A stretch of DNA of 64,000 nt from an uncultured Gammaproteobacteria bacterium (GTDB lineage Bacteria; Cyanobacteriota; Vampirovibrionia; LMEP-6097). Shown piece by piece: positions 54,454 to 64,000 of the stretch. The stretch's first letter is position 1; every line of letters begins with the position of its first letter. The notes beneath the pieces are model-generated. The model saw only the letters and a list, made by a program, of their open reading frames with translations, searched no databases and was not told where the DNA came from. The stretch covers positions 345,458 through 409,457 of the forward strand of contig CAZFCF010000001.1 in NCBI GenBank assembly GCA_964517685.1, read 5' to 3'. Position numbers and translations under genes: made by a program.

Positions 54454-57363
54454 TTATGAGATTGCCATCAATTCATCTTCAAAGATTTTTTTCTTATTAC
54501 TAACTTCATCCAGATTAGCTTTCAGTTCTTCTATCTTTTCAGGAGAAGCATTCTTAATAAAGCCATCAGAGCTAAGTCTTGAGTTTAGAACTTTAATATC
54601 AGCATTAAGTTTCTCAATTTGCTTTTTGATTTTCTCTGAGAGCTTATTGAGATCTACAATGCCACTTAAAGGAACTATAACTTCAATTCCAGAAATTTGA
54701 TTTTTGAAAGCAGGCTTAGCATCTACAGTATTAGACTCAAAACTTACTTTACTTAATTTCACTGGATTCTTTATATATTCACTAAAGTTCTCAAGCTTAG
54801 ATTTCAAAGCCTGATCTTTAATTACTAAAATCACCTCAAAATTCACTGACCATGGGATATCTAGAGACTGACGAATATTACGCAAGTTACCAATTAGATC
54901 TTTAATAAGTTCTACAGTGCTATTAGCTTCTGAGAAATTAAAATTCTCTGCTTTAGGATAGCTTGCAAAACAAATTGATTTAGTCTCAGCATTATCAATC
55001 GCAGAAAAATCATACTTAGCTTTTAGCTCTTGCCAAATCTCTTCAGTGATAAATGGAGCAATTGGATGTAAGGCTCTTAAAGACGCTTCAAGAATATAAA
55101 AGAGAATTTGTTTTTGGCTAGATTTATCAGCACTATCTATCTTAGTAAATTCAATATACCAATCACAAAAATCGAACCAAGTAAACTCATAGATTAGCTT
55201 TTGGATCTTGGTTAGATCATATCCCTTAAATGCTTCATCAATTTCAGCAAGCACTTTAGAGAATTTAGTTAAAACCCATTTATCAGTTTCAAGTAAGTTA
55301 CTAGTGTCTAATTTGCTCATGACTGCAGGCTTAAAAGTTCCACCGTCATCTAGCTTAGTCATCACAAACTTAGTTGCATTAAAAAGCTTGTTACAGAATT
55401 TACGATACTGCTCAAATGTATCAGAGAACCAAGCTTCGTTCTGATCTTTACGACCAGGGAATTTTACATCTTGTTGTCCATGAATACCGACGCTGGCATA
55501 CCAAAGACGACTAGCATCAGCGCCATATTTACTAACCATCTCTAAAGGATCAATAGCATTGCCTTTAGACTTACTCATACGTTTACCATCAGGTGTTTGC
55601 ACAACTGGATGAATCAATATATCTGAGAAAGGCTGCTTACCATTTTCAAAATATATACTTGAGAAAATCATTCGCGTCACCCAGAGATTAATGATCTCTC
55701 TTGCAGTTGCAAGCACATCAGTCGGGTAGAATTTTTCAAAAACTTTTTGATCGAAGTCTGTAGTCTCAAGCTCACCTTTAGCAGACTTCAAGGTCTCAAA
55801 CGGCCAGAGTGCACTACTAAACCAAGTATCAAGTACATCATCATCTTGCCTATGATCTAGTTCTCTAGCTTTTTCAGCAGCATAGTATCTAGTCACCAAG
55901 CCTGATTCATCATCGGCAGGGTTTTCTTTATCGTTAAAAGGATTAGGAGTACCAGCATTCGTCTCATAATAGAAAACTGGAATTCTATGTCCCCACCAAA
56001 TCTGACGGCTTACACACCAGTCTTGAATATTTTCAAGCCAGTTTTTAAAAATCACATTATATCTTTCTGGAGTGAATTGCGATTTACCAGAAGCAACTAA
56101 ATCGAGTGACTTTTGAGCTAGACCTTGCATTGCTAAGTACCACTGTTCACTTAGATAAGGTTCGATTTCAGTATTGCAACGATCGTGAAGGTCTTTTTCT
56201 TGGTCGTATTCTGTAGTTTGCACAAGTACGTCATTGCGAGCAGAGCGTGTCATTGCGAGCGGAGCGAAGCAATCTCCCTGCATAGACTGGATCGCCACGC
56301 CCTGCTGCGCAGGACTCGCCATGACATTTTTGTTGTCACTGTGACCAAGTAAAGCAAGAACCTTCTCTCTTGCAGCATACCTATCAAGCCCAGTCAACCC
56401 AAGGCTTTCAGGGATCTCTGGGCAAGCTTTCATCTTGGCTTGTTTATCCATAATTATTGGTTTATCTAAGCCATGTTTTTTACCAATCTCGAAATCATTA
56501 GCATCATGTGCTGGAGTAACTTTTAGGGCACCAGTACCAAAGTCGGTCTTCACATGCTCATCAAGAATCACAGGAATTTCTTTATTGCTAAGTGGGATTA
56601 AAACCTTAACTGAATCAGGAGCGTTTTTAATTTGTTTAATCAAACCAGAGAATCTCTCATCATTAGGATTAATCGCAACTGCCACATCACCAAACATAGT
56701 CTCTGGACGGGTTGTAGCGACAGTAATTGATTCATTAGAATCTTTGATTTGGTATTTAATTTCGTAAAGTTTTTTCTTAGTTGTTTCTTTTGCAATTTCC
56801 AAATCCGAAAGTGAAGTAAGACATTTAGGACACCAATTCACTACACGATTACCGCGATAAATTAGTCCATCATTGAAATATTTAATAAAAGCATTCTGCA
56901 CCGCTGAAGCGTAGTGGTCATCCATGGTGTAGCGAATACGTTTATAATCTGGACTAAAGCCCAAGACTTTCATTTGCTCAATGATTTTATTACCGTAGTC
57001 TTCTTTCCAAGCTTTCACTCGCTTGAGAAATTCTTCTCTACCTAGATCTTCTTTTCTTTTGTGTTCGGTTTGCTTGAGATTTTTCTCAACCACCAGCTGA
57101 GTACCGATACCAGCATGATCAGTACCAATTTGCCAAAGCACATCTTTACCAAGCATACGGTTGTAACGAATTAGAATATCTTGGATAGTGCCACCCAAGG
57201 CATGACCCATATGTAACTCGCCAGTCACATTCGGTGGTGGCAAAGCAATAGAAAAACTTTCAGTATTTTCACGGACAGTGGTATCAAAAATACCTTGCTC
57301 AAGCCAATTTTTCATCCATTTGCTTTCGATTTCTATTGGTGAATATTGTTTGCTTGCGTCCAT
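54454..57363 (-). CDS. valS: Valine--tRNA ligase, with an in-frame GC-rich insertion.
   Basis: PPPNVTGELHMGHALG and KMSKSKGN, plus a C-terminal coiled coil. The element at 56229-56326 encodes ...NKNVMASPAQQGVAIQSMQGDCFAPLAMTRSARNDV... Confidence 0.9.
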   Translation of the reverse strand: MDASKQYSPIEIESKWMKNWLEQGIFDTTVRENTESFSIALPPPNVTGELHMGHALGGTIQDILIRYNRMLGKDVLWQIGTDHAGIGTQLVVEKNLKQTEHKRKEDLGREEFLKRVKAWKEDYGNKIIEQMKVLGFSPDYKRIRYTMDDHYASAVQNAFIKYFNDGLIYRGNRVVNWCPKCLTSLSDLEIAKETTKKKLYEIKYQIKDSNESITVATTRPETMFGDVAVAINPNDERFSGLIKQIKNAPDSVKVLIPLSNKEIPVILDEHVKTDFGTGALKVTPAHDANDFEIGKKHGLDKPIIMDKQAKMKACPEIPESLGLTGLDRYAAREKVLALLGHSDNKNVMASPAQQGVAIQSMQGDCFAPLAMTRSARNDVLVQTTEYDQEKDLHDRCNTEIEPYLSEQWYLAMQGLAQKSLDLVASGKSQFTPERYNVIFKNWLENIQDWCVSRQIWWGHRIPVFYYETNAGTPNPFNDKENPADDESGLVTRYYAAEKARELDHRQDDDVLDTWFSSALWPFETLKSAKGELETTDFDQKVFEKFYPTDVLATAREIINLWVTRMIFSSIYFENGKQPFSDILIHPVVQTPDGKRMSKSKGNAIDPLEMVSKYGADASRLWYASVGIHGQQDVKFPGRKDQNEAWFSDTFEQYRKFCNKLFNATKFVMTKLDDGGTFKPAVMSKLDTSNLLETDKWVLTKFSKVLAEIDEAFKGYDLTKIQKLIYEFTWFDFCDWYIEFTKIDSADKSSQKQILFYILEASLRALHPIAPFITEEIWQELKAKYDFSAIDNAETKSICFASYPKAENFNFSEANSTVELIKDLIGNLRNIRQSLDIPWSVNFEVILVIKDQALKSKLENFSEYIKNPVKLSKVSFESNTVDAKPAFKNQISGIEVIVPLSGIVDLNKLSEKIKKQIEKLNADIKVLNSRLSSDGFIKNASPEKIEELKANLDEVSNKKKIFEDELMAIS
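56229..56326. repeat. RPE-like element inside valS, in frame, with a duplicated left end.
   Basis: cgtcattgcgagcagagcgtgtcattgcgagcggagcgaagcaatctccc...gactggatcgccacgccctgctgcgcaggactcgccatgaca. Confidence 0.8.
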
Positions 57364-57527
57364 TACTTTAAGTTAAATTAGCATATTAAGGCAAATCTAT
57401 ATAATTGCTGAGCCGAATAGTAAAATTAATCGGCTCAAATAAAAGATAATTCTGAGCCGATTGTTCTTAATATCATATTAATTTTGGTGTTATATATGAT
57501 ACTAAATCTGGTATTATAATATTATGA

Positions 57528-57785
57528 TTGGACAAAAAATATACTAAAATTCTCAGGAAAATCAAAGAGAATCCAAAAGCTGTAACAGTCACTGAACTCA
57601 TAAAGCTAATGGAATTGATCGGTTTTTCTTATAGAAGAGGTTCTAAGAATCATTATATTTTTTACTATCAATCATTAACTATTGGAGTTGCGCCTCCTCA
57701 TCCTGGCAAACATATAAAACCAATTTATGTAAGAGAATGTCTAAAGGCAATTAATGAGGTAATAGAAAATGACCAAAAAAACTAA
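57528..57785 (+). CDS. hicA: HicA-family mRNA interferase toxin.
   Basis: 85 aa; HicA (YcfA-like) C-terminal block HPGKHIKPIYVRECLK. Confidence 0.6.
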   Translation: MDKKYTKILRKIKENPKAVTVTELIKLMELIGFSYRRGSKNHYIFYYQSLTIGVAPPHPGKHIKPIYVRECLKAINEVIENDQKN

Positions 57786-58152
57786 AGAACAAAATTTCAA
57801 ACAAGAAATAAAAAACTATCTAGAGCTTCCATATAGCTTCACGGTTGCCAAAGATACTGATGAAGACGAAGAGGAATACTTTTATGCTTTAGTCAATGAA
57901 TTACCTGGTTGCGTTTCAGACGGCAAAACCCCAGAAGAAGCTTTGAAGAACATTAAAGATGCAATGTACGATTGGATTGAAACAGCTTTAATTAATGGGG
58001 AGAGAATTCCTGAACCTAATAAATGCAGCGGTAAATTTTCAGTAAGAATTCCACCTTCTTTGCATCAAGATCTTATTAATAAAAGTAATCGTGAAGGCGT
58101 AAGTATTAACCAACTAGTTACTTCTGCTATTTCAAGAGCTGTGGGTTTTTAG
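57769..58152 (+). CDS. hicB: HicB-family antitoxin.
   Basis: Overlaps hicA by 17 nt. HicB fold motif LPGCVSDGKTPEEALKNIKDA and a C-terminal RHH-like GVSINQLVTSAISRAVG. Confidence 0.6.
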   Translation: MTKKTKEQNFKQEIKNYLELPYSFTVAKDTDEDEEEYFYALVNELPGCVSDGKTPEEALKNIKDAMYDWIETALINGERIPEPNKCSGKFSVRIPPSLHQDLINKSNREGVSINQLVTSAISRAVGF

Positions 58153-58164
58153 TAGGTAAATTGA

Positions 58165-58515
58165 CTATCGGCTAGAAAACAAAACTTTTCCTGTTCGTTT
58201 AATTTCTCTAATAAAATCAGGATCAATATAGGAATCTTCGTTGTAATAACTTTTTGAAGGAAATGCCAATAACTGCAAATATGGCTCACAAAGTCCAGCT
58301 TTTCTAGAAACGGTTAAAACATTCTTGAACATAGCCTGTCCAACTTCTAAATCTGGTGAGACGACAGCAATATCTACATCACTCAAATCTGTTGCTGTGC
58401 CTTTTGCATAGGAACCAAAAAGTATAATCTCATCAATTTGAAAACTCTTTGTAACCGAATTAACGACTTTATCTGTAAGTTCTTTTAATTCTACGGTAGT
58501 TTTTTTTCCAGCCAT
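58165..58515 (-). CDS. Minimal nucleotidyltransferase (MNT; Pol-beta superfamily).
   Basis: LFGSYAKGTATDLSDVDIAVV is the GS...D.D motif. No HEPN partner gene is adjacent. Confidence 0.6.
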   Translation of the reverse strand: MAGKKTTVELKELTDKVVNSVTKSFQIDEIILFGSYAKGTATDLSDVDIAVVSPDLEVGQAMFKNVLTVSRKAGLCEPYLQLLAFPSKSYYNEDSYIDPDFIREIKRTGKVLFSSR

Positions 58516-58674
58516 GCAAATATCCTTTTTGTTTCCGTAATCAAGTTTTTAAGTAATTTTTCTAAAGAATCATGACATTTCTCAATGTAAGTAAGATTAA
58601 TCAATATGATGTAAGAATTTTACTATCTTTAAGGCTTAGAAAGACCTTTCTAACTATGATATATTAATTCAGTT

Positions 58675-61600
58675 ATGACCAATCAGGTTACTGATTCCAA
58701 TAAAGATTCTAATCAGGTCCAAGAGAATAAATACACTAAGACTATTTTGCTGCCGCAAACAGATTTTCCAATGCGTGGCAATGGTCCAGTAAGAGAACCT
58801 GAATTCCAAAAGACCTGGTATGAGCAAAAAGTTTATGAAAAATCACTGGCTCTGAAAGAGAAGAATGGTGCTGAGATGTTTATTCTTCATGATGGACCAC
58901 CTTATCTAAGTTCGGATAAAATCCACATCGGAACTGCACTCAACAAAATTCTTAAAGACATAGTTATCAAATATAAATCACAGCGTGGTTTTAGAACGCC
59001 TTACATACCTGGCTATGACTCACATGGTTTACCAATCGAGAACGCGGTAGTAAACGGGATTAAAGGCGGCAGGCAAGCAGTAAGCATCCCTGAACTGCGC
59101 GAGAAATGTAAAGATTTTGCTCTTCAAAACCTTAAGGGACAAGAAGCTAAGTTCAAAAGACTTGGAGTCTTGGGGGATTGGGAGCATCCTTATATAACTT
59201 TAGATCCTAAGTTCGAAGCTGAACAACTAAGAGTCTTTGGTGAGATGGCTGCTAAAGGCTATATCTATAGAGGTCTTAAGGCTGTCTATTGGAGCTATGG
59301 TGCAGAGACCGCTTTAGCTGATGCTGAAGTAGAATACAACGAAGCACATGAGTCACAAGCTATCTATGTGGCTTTTCCTTTTGAAGAAAAATCACTCAGC
59401 AACACTAATAAAGCAATCAGCAAATTTAAATTTAAAGACCAGCTTAAAACTGCTAAAGCACTGATCTGGACTACAACTCCTTGGACTATACCTGCTAACT
59501 TAGCAATCGCTTTAAATAAAAAAATTGATTACTGCATAGTTAAAGCAATTAAAGAAAACGAGAAAGATGGTACTACTAAAGAAATTGGTAATTTTATTCT
59601 TGCTGAAAAGCTCATAGCTTCTGTTGCTAAAGAAACTAATCTTAAGCTTGAACAAGTTACTGAAACTTTTAAAGGCGCTGAACTAGAAGGTGCAGTTTTC
59701 TTACATCCACTTTTCGGCAGAGAATCTGTAATAGTTTTTGGTGATCACGTTACTACTGAAGCCGGTACAGGTTCTGTACACACCGCACCTGGACATGGTC
59801 AGGAAGATTTTCAAGTTGGTAAAGAATATAACTTAGATATTCTTTGTCCTGTTGATGGCAGAGGTATCTACACTAAAGATGCTGGCACATATGAATTTAA
59901 AACAGATATTCTTTACAAAATTGCTGGTAGTAATGAAAGTCTAAAAGCTAAATTAGAGAATTTAGGCAAGCCACAAAAGCTTGATTTCATGGGCTTACAT
60001 ACTATCAAGCAAGGTAATGATGCAATTATTGCAGCGTTAATTGATGCAGGCGCGCTAGTCAAAAAAAGCAAACTAGTTCATAGCTATCCTTATTGTTGGA
60101 GATCTAAAACTCCACTACTTTATCGTGCAACCGAACAGTGGTTTGCCAGCGTTGATGGCTTTCGCCAAAAAGCCCTTGATGAAATCAAACGTGTAGAATG
60201 GATTCCAGAAAGGGGCATGAACCGCATCTATTCAATGGTAGAGGATAGAGGCGATTGGTGTATTTCCCGTCAACGTACTTGGGGAGTGCCGATTCCAGCT
60301 TTTTATGATAAATCTCAGCTGAATGAAAGCGGCAACCCACTTGCCTTTCTGGATCAAGAAATCATTGAACATGTTGCCAAAATTTTTGCAGAAGAAGGAA
60401 GTTCAGCTTGGTACACAAAAGAAATCAAAGATCTACTACCTAGTCATTATTTAGAAGGCAATCCTAGAAAGGATTCCAAACATCCACAATATAATCCAGA
60501 AAAACTCAGCAGAGAAATGGATACTATGGATGTTTGGTTTGATTCTGGTTCTACTCACAGAGCAGTAGTAGCAGCACGTCCAGAACTTTGTCCTGATGGT
60601 AAATTCAAACCCGTAGATTTATATCTCGAAGGTTCAGATCAACATCGTGGCTGGTTCCAATCAAGCTTACTTACTTCAGTTGCAACCAATGGTTTTGCAC
60701 CATATAAAGCTGTTCTAACTCATGGCTTTGTTATGGATGAGAAGGGACAGAAAATGTCTAAGTCAGCCGGTAACGTAGTGGATCCTGAAGATGTAATCCA
60801 AAAATATGGCGCAGATATACTCAGGCTCTGGGTTGCAAGCGTGGACTATTCTATCGATATTAAAGTTGGCGACAATATGTTCAAACAGCTTAGCGATATC
60901 TACAGAAATTTCAGAAACACTTGTAGATATATGCTTGGTAGCTTGTATGACTTCAATCCAGAAACAGATAGCCTGCCATATGCAGAGCTCAACGAACTCG
61001 ATAAACTCATCTTGCATCGCTTGCAAAACCTCAAAGAGAAACTAACTGAGTCTTTTGATAAATATCAATTCTTTAAGTATTATCAATTAATTCAGAATTT
61101 CTGTTCTGTAGATTTATCATCTTTCTATTTCGATATCATTAAAGATAGACTTTATACTAATGCTGCAAATTCTAAATCACGCAGAGCTGCGCAAACAGTA
61201 ATCTATGAGCTACTTTCAGCGCTTAATAGATTATTCGTGCCAGTGGTGCCGCATTTAGCAGAAGATGTTTTACAACATAGTCCCGAACAAGTGAAAAAAT
61301 CATACTTAAAGAAAGACTTCTTTACTAAAGGCTGTACTGAAAAAGAATTTAGTGTTCTACTCTCCTCCTGGCCTGCTATTGATACTGAATTCGTGAATAA
61401 TCAACTTGAGCAAGATTGGAATAAGATTCTTGAGATTAGAGAATTAGCTTTCAAAGAGATTGAACTTCTTCGTCAGAACAAAGTTATAGGCAAGTCTTTA
61501 GAAGCTGAAGTAACTATTCATGCTGATCCCCAAACAGAAAAATTTTTAAAAAGTATTCAAGATGAAATCAACGCAGTGTTTATAGTTTCGAATCACCAGA

Positions 61601-61734
61601 TTATTTCAGATACAGTAAATAAAGTTGTTGCTGGTAAATTTGCTGGAGTTAAATGCGAACGTTGCTGGAAGTTATTTGCTGAAAGCGATATGCGTGGGGA
61701 GATTTGCTTTAGCTGTCAGGAAGCATTGCTATAA
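58675..61734 (+). CDS. ileS: Isoleucine--tRNA ligase (bacterial type, C-terminal zinc finger).
   Basis: KMSKSAGN, class-I editing and catalytic domains, and C-terminal CERCWK...CFSCQ. Confidence 0.9.
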   Translation: MTNQVTDSNKDSNQVQENKYTKTILLPQTDFPMRGNGPVREPEFQKTWYEQKVYEKSLALKEKNGAEMFILHDGPPYLSSDKIHIGTALNKILKDIVIKYKSQRGFRTPYIPGYDSHGLPIENAVVNGIKGGRQAVSIPELREKCKDFALQNLKGQEAKFKRLGVLGDWEHPYITLDPKFEAEQLRVFGEMAAKGYIYRGLKAVYWSYGAETALADAEVEYNEAHESQAIYVAFPFEEKSLSNTNKAISKFKFKDQLKTAKALIWTTTPWTIPANLAIALNKKIDYCIVKAIKENEKDGTTKEIGNFILAEKLIASVAKETNLKLEQVTETFKGAELEGAVFLHPLFGRESVIVFGDHVTTEAGTGSVHTAPGHGQEDFQVGKEYNLDILCPVDGRGIYTKDAGTYEFKTDILYKIAGSNESLKAKLENLGKPQKLDFMGLHTIKQGNDAIIAALIDAGALVKKSKLVHSYPYCWRSKTPLLYRATEQWFASVDGFRQKALDEIKRVEWIPERGMNRIYSMVEDRGDWCISRQRTWGVPIPAFYDKSQLNESGNPLAFLDQEIIEHVAKIFAEEGSSAWYTKEIKDLLPSHYLEGNPRKDSKHPQYNPEKLSREMDTMDVWFDSGSTHRAVVAARPELCPDGKFKPVDLYLEGSDQHRGWFQSSLLTSVATNGFAPYKAVLTHGFVMDEKGQKMSKSAGNVVDPEDVIQKYGADILRLWVASVDYSIDIKVGDNMFKQLSDIYRNFRNTCRYMLGSLYDFNPETDSLPYAELNELDKLILHRLQNLKEKLTESFDKYQFFKYYQLIQNFCSVDLSSFYFDIIKDRLYTNAANSKSRRAAQTVIYELLSALNRLFVPVVPHLAEDVLQHSPEQVKKSYLKKDFFTKGCTEKEFSVLLSSWPAIDTEFVNNQLEQDWNKILEIRELAFKEIELLRQNKVIGKSLEAEVTIHADPQTEKFLKSIQDEINAVFIVSNHQIISDTVNKVVAGKFAGVKCERCWKLFAESDMRGEICFSCQEALL

Positions 61735-61742
61735 TCTTGTAA

Positions 61743-63419
61743 ATGTTCTCTAGAATAGAGCCATTCTCAAAACAAAACTTCTATTACAACCTTGATGGGT
61801 TGGAACCTGCTTCACCATTAAATCCAAAACTTCCAGAATCTATAATTCCTCAACTTTCAGAAGGTCCAAATCCTAGCAACGAATTTGACAGTAAATTTTT
61901 AAAACTAATAAATGATCCAGATTTTTTTACTAAATTTCCCTTTAGAACAGTGGTTCTACAAAATATAAATGATCAAAAATTATTAGAAAAACTCACAAAA
62001 GGTTTTGAAGCTTATTTTCTTAGACAAGTAGAACCAGGAGATTGTGATAGATCTATAATGCGAGAAAATCTAAATAGATTTTCACAAAATACACATCTAA
62101 ACCCTGAGCAGCAAACTAGATTAACCAAATGCTTTCTTCGCAGCTTTGGACAAAACGAAACTAAAGCAGAGATATTAGAAAAAATTTTAAATGACTCAGA
62201 GTTAAATACAATTGAGGATGACACAATTATTGGATGTTTTCCTTGGACTAAAGATGATTTAGAAAAACTCTGCAAAGTAGCATATGACAATCTTTTATCT
62301 TCGCTTACTTATCATCTTAGTAAATTAGAGCTTAGTCCAGAACAATTTAAAGGTTTAATTTCTGTCACCCGAGACTCTTTAGCCTCTACTCAAAATGCAG
62401 CAGAAAGAATAAGCTTAAAAGCTATTATTCAAAATTTAATTCGAAATCCAGCAATATATAAAATAGAAAATAGAGATAGTTTAGATATTTTAATTAGCTT
62501 ATTAGACAAGAAAATAAAAATTGATTTACATCCCATTCAAAATGTAGTTAATCAAGCTCAATTATCCAAAATTACAAAAATTTATAAAGAACAAAATGGA
62601 TTTATTGATAAATATTTTATTGAAGCTTTAGCAAAAAATAAAAATTTTAGTTTAGCAGAATTCAAAGAGTTTCTTGAAAAGTATACAACCTTCAAAGGCT
62701 TAGGATTAGAATATCAGCTTTCAAAACATTATAGTAAGCCAGTTATAAACCTCAAGCAAATTTCAGCTTTTTTTGATCACTTAACGGAGAATACAACAAT
62801 TGACGAAGATGATGATCCGACTTTTGAATTTGCAAGTGATTTAATATCCTCCATAGCAAACTTAGATGATACTTTATTTGAAAAACTTTTAAAGTCACTA
62901 TCCATCACTGAATACGATAGCTCCAGGAATAAAATTTTATATGCTTTAGCTTCATCAGTAATAAGCAAACAACAAATTGACAAACTAATTGATAAAGTTG
63001 ATGAAGTTTTTGAAGATATTGATAATTCAATTGAAGCTTTACCCTCAATTGATCCACTAGTAACAGATATGAGATCTTTACAAGAAAGTGTTTTGTTTTT
63101 TAATCAATCTTTGAAATCATTAACGGAAAAAAATCCTTCGAAATTTGACTTGAGTACATTCATTAGATCTTTATTTGCAAATAAGAATATTAATCTTCAA
63201 CAAATAAAACATCTATTAGATATACTCAAGCCAATTATGGAAACTGCAAATATTCCTGTCACCTACTGGACGAGCAACTCTTCAGAGCTTAACCAATTAA
63301 AATTACTATTTTTAGATAGAAATGATGATAAAGAATTTGAAAGATTCATTCAAGTAGCCAAAAAATATCCAGATAGTCTTTCGGGCAAAGTTTATGCTTA
63401 CGCCACTACAGCAGCTTAA
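61743..63419 (+). CDS. Hypothetical protein, 558 aa.
   Basis: ORF track. Helical. No motif recognised. Confidence 0.4.
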   Translation: MFSRIEPFSKQNFYYNLDGLEPASPLNPKLPESIIPQLSEGPNPSNEFDSKFLKLINDPDFFTKFPFRTVVLQNINDQKLLEKLTKGFEAYFLRQVEPGDCDRSIMRENLNRFSQNTHLNPEQQTRLTKCFLRSFGQNETKAEILEKILNDSELNTIEDDTIIGCFPWTKDDLEKLCKVAYDNLLSSLTYHLSKLELSPEQFKGLISVTRDSLASTQNAAERISLKAIIQNLIRNPAIYKIENRDSLDILISLLDKKIKIDLHPIQNVVNQAQLSKITKIYKEQNGFIDKYFIEALAKNKNFSLAEFKEFLEKYTTFKGLGLEYQLSKHYSKPVINLKQISAFFDHLTENTTIDEDDDPTFEFASDLISSIANLDDTLFEKLLKSLSITEYDSSRNKILYALASSVISKQQIDKLIDKVDEVFEDIDNSIEALPSIDPLVTDMRSLQESVLFFNQSLKSLTEKNPSKFDLSTFIRSLFANKNINLQQIKHLLDILKPIMETANIPVTYWTSNSSELNQLKLLFLDRNDDKEFERFIQVAKKYPDSLSGKVYAYATTAA

Positions 63420-63506
63420 GTACAAACACGTAATTCAGCCTAAAAACAATTTCTCTTCAAACACTTATGCTATGCTAAATCCAAATAAATCAAAGGGGGA
63501 TTTATC

Positions 63507-63866
63507 ATGGGATTAGTTTACGCAGATTTAGTTTTAGAAAATGCAAAGTTTGATCAACCAAACAAAGTCAGAGTCAAGGCTTTAGTTGATACGGGATCGC
63601 TGTATCTTTGTATTCCAGAGTCTGTTTGTGAGAAATTAGGAATAACAGGATTTTACAAAAAGCAGGTAAGACTTGCAGATGGTAGCTATAGAGAATCTAA
63701 GTATGTTGGTCCAATAGAGGTTAAGTATGAAGACAAGGGCTGCCTGGTTGGTGCTTTAGTAATGGGAGATGAAGTTTTATTGGGAGCAATTCCCATGGAA
63801 GACATGGACATAATGGTTGATCCCTCTGGGCAACGCTTAATTACAGCTAATCAAGGTAGGGCTTAA
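63507..63866 (+). CDS. Retropepsin-like (clan AA) aspartic protease.
   Basis: Catalytic LVDTGSLYLCIP (D-T-G-S), ~120 aa. Single-lobe retropepsin size. Confidence 0.55.
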   Translation: MGLVYADLVLENAKFDQPNKVRVKALVDTGSLYLCIPESVCEKLGITGFYKKQVRLADGSYRESKYVGPIEVKYEDKGCLVGALVMGDEVLLGAIPMEDMDIMVDPSGQRLITANQGRA

Positions 63867-64000
63867 AAAGTATTACTGATTGCCAAGATGTAATTATCCT
63901 TAAAAATTGATATAAGAGCTTATTTTTTAAAAAGCTCATGCTATAAATACGCATTGTGGCTTTATCACAAAAAGCCAAATTTTGCATGTTTGCTAAAGCA

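Noticed and set aside
57404-57465. Imperfect hairpin and repeat gctgagccgaat...attaatcggctca...ctgagccgatt in the valS/hicA divergent intergenic region.
   Set aside because: Short and imperfect. It could be an ordinary attenuator or terminator-like structure. Not strong enough to call a regulatory element.
1-64000. Searched non-coding gaps for tRNA genes (T-loop GTTCGAATC-like motifs, acceptor stems), rRNA fragments and CRISPR-like regularly spaced repeats.
   Set aside because: No convincing cloverleaf candidates, no rRNA-like conserved blocks and no repeat-spacer architecture. The only regularly spaced repeat, 5 x 23 bp at 15502-15616, is contiguous with no spacers, so it is not CRISPR.

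Overview
The window is AT-rich (GC roughly 30%, estimated by eye) and densely coded. It looks like chromosomal DNA from a bacterium with a host-associated or intracellular lifestyle, but phylum-level assignment is not possible without a database search. Housekeeping content: the 5'-truncated end of an acyl-CoA dehydrogenase gene; dnaA with an adjacent non-coding stretch that may be oriC; a plant-type FNR-like flavoprotein; a ComEC-like membrane protein; leuS, valS and ileS; minCDE; bioB; ddl; plsY; ispD; an F-ATPase sub-operon in the order c-b'-b-delta; rpiB; an acetolactate synthase small subunit; an IMPDH/GMPR-family gene; an NfuA-type Fe-S protein; osmoprotectant-type ABC transporter genes; a GAF sensor kinase followed by a rhodanese gene. 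There is a compact, apparently reduced flagellar cluster (fliE-fliF-short fliG-like-fliH) plus flgH. Accessory content: a class-II-like Fic gene sitting inside the ABC transporter locus behind a 5 x 23-bp tandem array; a HicAB toxin-antitoxin pair; an orphan MNT nucleotidyltransferase; a DinD-like gene; a truncated XerD-like recombinase; a retropepsin-like protease. Many candidate eukaryote-like or effector-like proteins are present: an ankyrin-repeat protein, a secreted FCP1/NIF-like phosphatase, proline-rich proteins, an ATP-grasp-like protein, two ~970-980-aa repeat proteins and a paralogous pair of unknown 340/367-aa proteins. The most striking structural feature is a superfamily of GC-rich palindromic elements. 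They resemble Rickettsia palindromic elements (RPEs) and occur in intergenic DNA and as in-frame insertions inside comEC, leuS, ddl and valS. There are also several other MITE-like or nested palindromic elements and long perfect inverted repeats. I found no CRISPR array, no rRNA and no convincing tRNA.
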